A DNA stretch of 64,000 nucleotides from Eledone cirrhosa (taxonomy: Eukaryota). Below, in pieces: positions 1 to 8,700 of this stretch. The notes under the pieces were generated by a model that was not told where the DNA came from, ran no database searches, and saw nothing but the letters and a program-made list of their open reading frames with translations. The stretch lies in contig OZ024741.1 in NCBI GenBank assembly GCA_964016885.1, positions 195,176,001 to 195,240,000 on the forward strand, in the 5' to 3' direction. Numbering within the stretch: position 1 is the stretch's first letter; each line of letters starts with the position of its first letter. Both the position numbers and the translations under genes were made by a program.

Positions 1-293
1 CTTAAATTTTCATTAGGTTTATGATAAGGTTTTTGTTTTTTTGTGTTTTTGTGTTTGTATGTGTTTATATGTGTGTGTACACCCCCTTTTTATATGCGTG
101 CGTGTGTATTTGTGTGTACATTTTTGAGCGCATATATATCTGTGTATATGTATGTGTATGTATTTATGTTCCCGTTCGTATTTCTATGTAGACGCAAATA
201 CGCTTACGTGAGAAAGTATACGTCTACGTACTATTACGTATATGCGCGTAGTTGAGTATGTGTATGTTTATGTACTGGATATTTTTATTTTTT

Positions 294-297
<4 letters not shown>

Positions 298-353
<56 letters not shown>
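298..353. repeat. (TA)n microsatellite
   Basis: Direct inspection. Confidence 0.97.
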
Positions 354-357
<4 letters not shown>

Positions 358-626
358 ATATTTTTATATTTTTTCCCCTATCTCCTTTTCGCCCGTTTTT
401 TTCAGCCTCACTCTCATATTTCCTAAATTTTGTTTTCAAATCCATATTTAATAAAAACACCATGTTATTTATCCATTCTGACGACTGAAGACAAACACAA
501 CATCTGCCTTCAAGAAACCACTGGTAAATGAAATAATTATCTTATGTTGTTTATTACATAACTAATAAGCTCTGTAGCCTACATAGAGCACTCTTTTTTC
601 CTGTACCTTTCCGACGGAAATACTTC

Positions 627-761
<135 letters not shown>

Positions 762-819
762 ATATATTTAATATAATATGAAACGAAAAATCAGTGATGC
801 ATCTGAACTCAATTTATTG

Positions 820-906
820 TGTGTTACAATTGTTTCGCTCTGTAAGAGCATAAAGTCCTCAACCGGCATACCGCCTATGGAAGCATCTTAGCTACCATCA
901 GACACA
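820..906 (-). ncRNA. Type I minimal hammerhead-ribozyme-like motif (Penelope-like element style), probably degenerate
   Basis: Minus strand: UGUGU-CUGAUGG-UA-GCU...AGC-GAAA-C-AAUU-G-UA|ACACA. Stem I UGUGU/ACACA is a perfect 5-bp match. Helix III is the palindrome ACAAUUGU. The GUA cleavage triplet is at 827-825 and AAUAAA follows at 818-813. Deviations: core position 9 is G rather than A, there is a 2-nt insertion before stem II, and domain II is long. Confidence 0.5.
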
Positions 907-936
907 TATATATATATACATATATAAGTAGAAATA

Positions 937-968
<32 letters not shown>
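905..968. repeat. Interrupted (TA)n microsatellite
   Basis: Direct inspection. Confidence 0.9.
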
Positions 969-971
<3 letters not shown>

Positions 972-1560
972 TAAAGTGGTCCTTCATTAGTGATCTTCCA
1001 ACCATCACAGGTATTACTTCGCTTTAAAGACCATATACCTCCGGTTGGTGCGAGCAACGGCTAAAAAAAGTCGTTGGGACATGTAAATAAAGGGGACAGC
1101 GAGAGTGTAAACAAACAAAGATGGTGAAGCAACGAAAGGTGAAGAAGAACGAGTCAAGTCCCAAATTTCCATGAATATAAGTTCAGTGAAATCGTGAACG
1201 AGAGAGAATAAAGACCATCAAACCTGGTTGGAATGTGAGCAAGGAAGGAATTCCGTACAGGTCTAACGGGAGGAAGAAGGGATCTAGTCTGTGAATTCGG
1301 TGAACGTAAGTTCTGTGAAATCGTAGACGAGAGAGAGAAAAAAGGCGAACCAGCCTGACCAAGCGTGCGAAAGAAAAGAATTACGCACAGGTCAAACGGG
1401 AAGAACGAGGAGGAGAAGAGGTAGTAACTGAGAGTGAGTGAGTGAAGGGTGAGGAAGTGGATAACAGAGAGAGTGACTGTTAGAGAAGGTAAAGTTACAG
1501 AGAAAGAGGAAGCAGTAAGAACGAAATAGACGGGTCACAGCTGATGAAAACGCAGATGTC
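968..1560. repeat. Purine-rich probable interspersed-repeat fragment containing a diverged 129-bp direct duplication
   Basis: TAAGTTCAGTGAAATCGT...ACAGGTCTAACGGGAGGAAG (from 1178) aligns with TAAGTTCTGTGAAATCGT...ACAGGTCAAACGGGAAGAAC (from 1307). A third partial match, TAAAGACCAT...GGTTGG...GAGCAA, lies near 1025. The plus strand is strongly A/G-skewed and the left end abuts (TA)n. Confidence 0.45.
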
Positions 1561-1635
1561 ATCACATGATGATATTTGTTTTTGAAATGCGCATAATAAA
1601 ATACTTGGAACTCTTTTAACCATCTTTTGATCTTA

Positions 1636-1638
<3 letters not shown>

Positions 1639-1685
<47 letters not shown>

Positions 1686-1699
1686 ATATATATATATAT
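1639..1699. repeat. (TA)n(TG)n(TA)n microsatellite
   Basis: Direct inspection; forms the left flank of the RTE-like element. Confidence 0.95.
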
Positions 1700-2297
1700 A
1701 AGTTGGTGCTACTGGTAACATGTATCCCAGTACAACCTGTCTCATGGTCGGGTCGTTGGCGACTAAACTGGCAAACCCACCAAGGTTTCTTGGTGAGGAG
1801 GCTGACTTTGGACATCCTGCAGGACTAAAAACAAAACCTGTCAAAGGGCAAAGGAGCTCTTAAGAGTCAATGGCCATCCAAAATCACCGGGAGAGATGAC
1901 CCCTTAGCCTTTGTCAAGGCAGAATTCTAGGAGAAGGAAAACTCTGATATAACACCTGCAACCCTGATGGTATCCAATGATGTTGACTTGTTCTTCTTTT
2001 TGGTAAATATCATCTTGGTTAAGAGAGTGGGACTGGCTTTGTGCAGTGCCTCTGCTCACTATAAAAGCTTCACGGCACAGGCATTGCTTTGTATCTGGAG
2101 ATCTCTCTGCACTTGTCATCACATGGTACCATTGGCCCAGCACTATGTGTCAATAATTGTCACAAGTGTAGTGTTTGTACCAGAGTTTTCAAGTCGCTGG
2201 CTGGACTAAAAAGTCACACTCGTTCAGCGCATCGCTAGGAGTTCTCCTACATGGATATAAAGTAGTGACCGTACTCGAAAACGAGTTGGCAGCCACC
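1700..2297 (+). mobile_element. Non-autonomous, internally deleted RTE-like non-LTR retroelement (5' UTR joined to 3' end) inserted in a (TA)n tract
   Basis: A ~600-bp complex sequence with (TA)n on both sides. The hairpin-rich 5' part contains GGAGAAGGAAAACTCTGAT, which I recall from RTE 5' regions. The 3' part encodes HKCSVCTRVFKSLAGLKSHTRSAHR* (2161-2238), a C2H2 finger like those at the ORF C-terminus of RTE-group elements. It is followed by a short 3' UTR with an ACTCG-AAAA-CGAGT hairpin (2273-2286) and a microsatellite tail. No endonuclease or RT sequence is present. Confidence 0.65.
2161..2238 (+). pseudogene. C2H2 zinc-finger coding remnant (retroelement ORF C-terminus)
   Basis: C-x2-C-x3-F-x5-L-x2-H-x4-H followed by R and TAG (2236-2238). 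The frame is open only from 2065 and has no ATG. Confidence 0.65.
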
Positions 2298-2451
<154 letters not shown>

Positions 2452-2576
2452 GATGAGATGTTACTGGTAAGACCATTATGAAACTAAGTACTCTATATTT
2501 AAGAATAGTTGAGATATTAAGGTTAACGGTGGGATCCATATAATGGTACATACATAATACACATATATTTATATTT

Positions 2577-2597
2577 ACACACACACACACACACACT

Positions 2598-2635
<38 letters not shown>

Positions 2636-2652
2636 AAAACACAAACACCCAA

Positions 2653-2727
<75 letters not shown>

Positions 2728-2768
2728 AATACACAAACACCCAAACGCGCACACACACACACACACAG

Positions 2769-2799
<31 letters not shown>

Positions 2800-2831
2800 C
2801 ACAAATACACAAACACCCAAACGCACACACG

Positions 2832-2903
<72 letters not shown>

Positions 2904-2940
2904 AATACGCAAACACCCAAACGCGCACACACACACACAG

Positions 2941-2981
<41 letters not shown>

Positions 2982-3002
2982 CACAAATACACAAACACCC
3001 AA

Positions 3003-3063
<61 letters not shown>
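2577..3063. repeat. Compound minisatellite block 1: [(TA)n-CACAAATACACAAACACCCAAACG-(CA)n] x5
   Basis: Five copies of the ~24-bp core (near 2631, 2724, 2799, 2899, 2981), separated by (CA)n(TA)n of variable length. Confidence 0.92.
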
Positions 3064-3064
<1 letters not shown>

Positions 3065-3342
3065 CGAAGGAAATGTGGTAAGGAAGCAGATGGACCATAA
3101 CGCACCAAAGTACTCAATACTTAGGGTAGTAGAGTTGGTGAGCTCAACCGTCGGGGTCCAACTCGTTCCTATGTATATATATTAGATATGTCTCATATGA
3201 AATAATACAGCCAATTTTCCACGCAATACTTTTAGTTAGCACCCCGAACGCATAATTGGGAATATAATCACTTATTTCCTAATGTTTGTTGAGTGAGTTG
3301 GAATTTGGCCGGAGTATCGCTAAAATGCTTTCTCCGATATTG

Positions 3343-3346
<4 letters not shown>

Positions 3347-3405
<59 letters not shown>

Positions 3406-3437
3406 TCAAATACACAAACACCCAAACGCACACCCAA

Positions 3438-3530
<93 letters not shown>

Positions 3531-3569
3531 AATACACAAACGCCCAAACGCACACACACACACACACAT

Positions 3570-3626
<57 letters not shown>

Positions 3627-3643
3627 AATACACAAACACCCAA

Positions 3644-3694
<51 letters not shown>

Positions 3695-3737
3695 CACAAA
3701 TACACAAACACCCAAACGCACACACACACACACACAT

Positions 3738-3770
<33 letters not shown>

Positions 3771-3794
3771 CACAAATACACAAACACCCAAACG

Positions 3795-3844
<50 letters not shown>

Positions 3845-3887
3845 AATACACAAACGCCCAAACGCACACACACACACACACACACAT

Positions 3888-3922
<35 letters not shown>

Positions 3923-3943
3923 CACAAATACACAAACACACAA

Positions 3944-3984
<41 letters not shown>

Positions 3985-4005
3985 CACAAATACACAAACA
4001 CCCAA

Positions 4006-4048
<43 letters not shown>

Positions 4049-4080
4049 AATATATACACAAATACACAAACACCCAAACG

Positions 4081-4132
<52 letters not shown>

Positions 4133-4224
4133 AATACACAAACACCCAAACGCACACACACACATACACACACACACATATATATATATATATACACAAA
4201 TACCCAAACACCCATAACGCACAC

Positions 4225-4313
<89 letters not shown>

Positions 4314-4345
4314 CACAAATACACAAACACCCAAACGCACACACA

Positions 4346-4406
<61 letters not shown>

Positions 4407-4423
4407 ACAGACACACACACATA

Positions 4424-4454
<31 letters not shown>
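3347..4454. repeat. Compound minisatellite block 2: same unit x12
   Basis: Twelve copies of the core between ~3404 and ~4337, each bracketed by (TA)n and (CA)n. This block produces the YI/HT/CV pseudo-ORFs. Confidence 0.92.
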
Positions 4455-4455
<1 letters not shown>

Positions 4456-4500
4456 AACAGTCGGTATTATATGCATGCACAAAAATCTAGAAAGTTTATA

Positions 4501-4506
4501 ACTTAC
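4501..4506 (-). other. 5' splice donor GTAAGT of the globin B12.2 intron; the intron extends past the window start (>4.5 kb)
   Basis: Plus-strand acttac at 4501-4506 reads GTAAGT on the minus strand, directly after ...ATG TTC ATG AA. I found no globin exon 2 (expected LF..HP...F) on the minus strand in 1-4500. Confidence 0.88.
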
Positions 4507-4733
4507 TTCATGAACATCACAACGCCCACCCTGGCCATGTTGCATTGGACAATTTTCCATGATTCCAGTACGAGTTCCTTTTGTTTGTCTGTGATATAAT
4601 TAGGTACATTATCGCTTCCAGACAGTCCATTATTGGCTTGATTAACAACTGTATGACTTGGTTCAGACGGTTGCACTTTGCTTGACACTTTTCTCTGTTT
4701 CAACTTTCGACTCTTTGAATAATTGCTGCCCAT
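4507..4733 (-). CDS. GbX: First coding exon of a globin X-like (N-acylated, putatively membrane-associated) globin; 75 codons + 2 nt
   Basis: Translates as MGSNYSKSRKLKQRKVSSKVQPSEPSHTVVNQANNGLSGSDNVPNYITDKQKELVLESWKIVQCNMARVGVVMFM(K). ITDKQKELVLESWKIV is a globin helix A with the conserved Trp. ARVGVVMFMK is helix B (Gly B6, Phe B10) and closely resembles the globin X pattern ESWKxxQxxxAxVGxxMF. The exon ends AA|GTAAGT, i.e. codon B12 phase 2, the canonical globin intron position. The N-terminal MGxxxSK fits the N-myristoylation consensus. Subfamily assignment is from recall, not from a search. Later exons are not in the window. Confidence 0.9.
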
Positions 4734-4774
4734 ATTGATCCGAATGACCCCAATAAAAACTGACCCTCTATAAT

Positions 4775-4790
4775 CTGGTAAAAAAAAAAT
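4775..4790 (-). other. Putative 3' splice acceptor upstream of the globin ATG (5'-UTR intron)
   Basis: The minus strand reads ATTTTTTTTTTACCAG|ATTATAG..., a T10 pyrimidine tract plus CAG. The exon would start at 4774, 41 nt before the ATG. Confidence 0.55.
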
Positions 4791-5352
4791 ACCCTCAAAT
4801 AACAATGGGAATTATCTCTATAAGGTATCTTCTCAAAAATGAATAAGAAATCAATTAATGAAATCACCGATAAATGTTGATAAATAGTTGATAAAACCCG
4901 ATTTGAAATATTCTAGTTCGATCTCATTGTATGTGTTTGTTTATGAATTAAGAGCCGATATTTTTGTACGTTAGCATGTAAGATACACTTAGAAATGAAT
5001 ATAGACTGGACTGGCTAACAAGTTATTGCTAAGATATTTATAAATGGATTCATTATCTTTATGCTGTTATCCAGTATCGTTCAACGTTACTCTATTTCTG
5101 TTATTACATTTGGTGAAGAAATCGTCGCATTTATTCCAGCAGTCCTACATACAACTATTTAATATCTTACATAGACTCCTTTAACATTCTCTGCCGAACG
5201 AACTAAGTATACTCGACCAGTTGATACCTGCTGACCTTACATGGAGTTAACTCTGCAATAGATGCATATAAACATTACTTCCAACGTGCGTGTAAGTTGT
5301 CCGAAAGTGAAAGTAGGAATATTATCCAATAACTGCTACACTTTTTCACTGT

Positions 5353-5555
5353 GTTGTTATTGCTGCTATTGCTGCTGCTGCTGCCGTTATTGTTGTTGAT
5401 GATGTTGCTATTGCTTCTGTTATACTTGATGATATTGATCTTGTTGTTATTGTTGTTGTTGTTATTGTTGCTATTGTTGTTGTTTTTGTTGTTATTGTAT
5501 TAGTTGACCGTCGTTGGTATTGTTAGAGTTTTGGCCGTGGCCGATGCAGTAGCAC

Positions 5556-5590
<35 letters not shown>

Positions 5591-5700
5591 ATTGTTGCTG
5601 TTGTATCGTTGCTGCCGCCGTTGCTTCTATTGCTGTTGCTATTACTGCTTTGTTAGCTGTTGTTGCTATTGTTGATGATGATGCTGCTGTTGCTGATGTT
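5353..5700 (+). repeat. Degenerate (GTT/GCT/ATT/GAT)n triplet lead-in to the satellite
   Basis: Irregular NNT triplets with a pure (GTT)n run at ~5558-5590 and a short unrelated stretch at ~5500-5555. Confidence 0.85.
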
Positions 5701-8700
5701 ATTGCTGCTGTTGTTGTTACAGTTGTTGTTATAGCTGTGGCTGTTCTTATTGATGTTGTTGCTATTGCTGCTGTTGTTGTTATAGTTGTTGTTATAGCTG
5801 TGGCTGTTCTTATTGATGTTGTTGCTATTGCTGTTGTTGTTGTTATAGTTGTTGTTATAGCTGTGGCTGTTCTTATTGATGCTGTTGCTATTGCTGCTGC
5901 TGTTGTTATAGTTGTTGTTATAGCTGTGGATGTTCTTATTGATGCTGTTGCTATTGCTGCTGTTGTTGTTATAGTTGTTGTTATAGCTGTGGCTGTTCTT
6001 ATTGATGCTGTTGCTATTGCTGCTGTTGTTGTTATAGCTGTGGCTGTTCTTATTGATGCTGTTGCTATTGCTGCTGTTGTTGTTATAGCTGTGGCTGTTC
6101 TTATTGATGTTGTTGCTATTGCTGCTGTTGTTGTTATAGTTGTTGTTATAGCTGTGGCTGTTCTTATTGATGCTGTTGCTATTACTGCTGCTGTGTTATA
6201 GTTGTTGTTATAGCTGTGGATGTTCTTATTGATGCTGTTGCTATTGCTGCTGTTGTTGTTATAGTTGTTGTTATAGCTGTGGCTGTTCTTATTGATGCTG
6301 TTGCTATTGCTGCTGTTGTTGTTATAGTTGTTGTTATATCTGTGGCTGTTCTTATTGATGTTGTTGCTATTGCTGCTGTTGTTGTTATAGTTGTTGTTAT
6401 AGCTGTGGATGTTCTTATTGATGTTGTTGCTATTGCTGCTGTTGTTGTTATAGTTGTTGTTATAGCTGTGGTTGTTCTTATTGATGTTGTTGCTATTGCT
6501 GCTGTTGTTGTTATAGCTGTGGCTGTTCTTATTGATGTTGTTGCTATTGCTGCTGTTGTTGTTATAGTTGTTGTTATAGCTGTGGCTGTTCTTATTGATG
6601 CTGTTGCTATTGCTGCTGCTGTTGTTGTTATAGTTGTTGTTATAGCTGTGGATGTTCTTATTGATGTTGTTGCTATTGCTGCTGTTGTTGTTATAGTTGT
6701 TGTTATAGCTGTGGTTGTTCTTATTGATGTTGTTGCTATTGCTGTTGTTGTTGTTATAGTTGTTGTTATAGCTGTGGCTGTTCTTATTGATGCTGTTGCT
6801 ATTGCTGTTGTTGTTATAGTTGTTATTATAGCTGTGGCTGTTCTTATTGATGTTGTTGCTATTGCTGCTGTTGTTGTTATAGTTGTTGTTATAGCTGTGG
6901 CTGTTCTTATTGATGTTGTTGCTATTGCTGCTGTGGTTGTTAAAGTTGTTGTTATAGCTGTGGATGTTCTTATTGATGTTGTTGCTATTGCTGCTGTTGT
7001 TGTTATAGTTGTTGTTATAGCTGTGGTTGTTCTTATTGATGTTGTTGCTATTGCTGCTGTTGTTGTTATAGTTGTTGTTATAGCTGTGGCTGTTCTTATT
7101 AATGTTGTTGCTATTGCTGCTGTTGTTGTTATAGTTGTTGTTATAGCTGTGGTTGTTCTTATTGATGTTGTTGTTATTGCTGCTGTTGTTGTTATAGTTG
7201 TTGTTATAGCTGTGGCTGTTCTTATTGATGCTGTTGCTATTGCTGCTGCTGTTGTTGTTATAGTTGTTGTTATAGCTGTGGTTGTTCTTATTGATGTTGT
7301 TGCTATTGCTGCTGTTGTTGTTATAGTTGTTGTTATAGATGTGGCTGTTCTTATTGATGCTGTTGCTATTGCTGCTGCTGTTGTTGTTATAGTTGTTGTT
7401 ATAGCTGTGGTTGTTCTTATTGATGTTGTTGCTATTGCTGCTGTTGTTGTTATAGTTGTTGTTATAGATGTGGCTGTTCTTATTGATGCTGTTGCTATTG
7501 CTGCTGCTGTTGTTGTTATAGTTGTTGTTATAGCTGTGGCTGTTCTTATTGATGTTGTTGCTATTGCTGCTGTTGTTGTTATAGTTGTTGTTATAGCTGT
7601 GGCTGTTCTTATTGATGTTGTTGCTATTGCTGCTGTGGTTGTTAAAGTTGTTGTTATAGCTGTGGATGTTCTTATTGATGTTGTTGCTATTGCTGCTGTT
7701 GTTGTTATAGTTGTTGTTATAGCTGTGGTTGTTCTTATTGATGTTGTTGCTATTGCTGCTGTTGTTGTTATAGTTGTTGTTATAGCTGTGGCTGTTCTTA
7801 TTAATGTTGTTGCTATTGCTGCTGTTGTTGTTATAGTTGTTGTTATAGCTGTGGTTGTTCTTATTGATGTGTTGTTATTGCTGCTGTTGTTGTTATAGTT
7901 GTTGTTATAGCTGTGGCTGTTCATATTGATGCTGTTGCTATTGCTGCTGTTGTTGTTATAGTTGTTGTTATAGCTGTGGCTGTTCTTATTGCTGTTGTTG
8001 CTATTGCTGCTGTTGTTGTTAAAGTTGTTGTTATGGCTGTGGCCGTTCTTATTGCTGTCGTTGCTATTGCTGCTGTTGTTGTTATAGTTGTTGTTATAGC
8101 TGTGGCTGTTCTTATTGACGCAGTTGCTATTGCTGCTGTTGTCGTTATAGTTGTTGTTATAGCTATGGCTGTTCTTATTGATGCTGTTGCTATTGCTGCT
8201 GTTGTTGTTATAGTTGTTGTTATATCTGTGGCTGTTCTCATTGATGTTGTTGCTAATGCTGCTGTTGTTGTTATAGTTGTTGTTATAGCTGTGGATGTTC
8301 TTATTGATGTTGTTCCTATTGCTGCTGTTGTTGTTATAGTTGTTGTTATAGCTGTGGCTGTTCTTATTGATGTTGTTGCTATTGCTGCTGTTGTTGTTAT
8401 AGTTGTTGTTATAGCTGTGGCTGTTCTTATTGATGCTGTTGCTATTGCTGCTGCTGTTGTTGTTATAGTTGTTGTTATAGCTGTGGTTGTTCTTATTGAT
8501 GTTGTTGCTATTGCTGCTGTTGTTGTTATAGTTGTTGTTATAGATGTGGCTGTTCTTATTGATGCTGTTGCTATTGCTGCTGCTGTTGTTGTTATAGTTG
8601 TTGTTATAGCTGTGGCTGTTCTTATTGATGTTGTTGTTATTGCTGCTGTTGTTGTTATAGTTGTTGTTATAGCTGTGGCTGTTCTTATTGATGTTGTTGC

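Noticed and set aside
468-540. Possible globin exon 2 after the minus-strand acceptor TTTCATTTACCAG (~522)
   Set aside because: In the required phase it reads N-GFLKADVVFVFSRQNG-stop, with no LF..HP..F globin C/CD motif.
1535-1570. CTGATGAAAACGCAGATGTC as a second hammerhead
   Set aside because: There is no stem II between CUGAUGA and GAAA, and no stem I pairing around GUC; at most a decayed remnant.
1904-2209. ORFs 1904..2143 (-) and 1967..2209 (+)
   Set aside because: Both are short, lie within the retroelement body and have no recognisable domain. The zinc-finger remnant is in a different frame.
3132-3165. GAGTTGG...CCAACTC hairpin in the unique island between the minisatellite blocks
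   Set aside because: A single 7-bp stem with no tRNA, SINE box or terminator features; compatible with chance.
2577-4454. CRISPR-like look (conserved 24-bp repeat with variable spacers)
   Set aside because: The spacers are only (CA)n(TA)n, the repeat is not palindromic, no cas genes are present, and the context is a eukaryotic intron.
4734-4805. N-terminal extension MLFEGIFFLPDYRGSVFIGVIRIN of ORF 4503..4805
   Set aside because: It starts at a non-ATG codon and runs through a T10-CAG splice acceptor. The ATG at 4733 gives a proper myristoylation motif, and the TAA at 4503-4505 lies in the intron donor.
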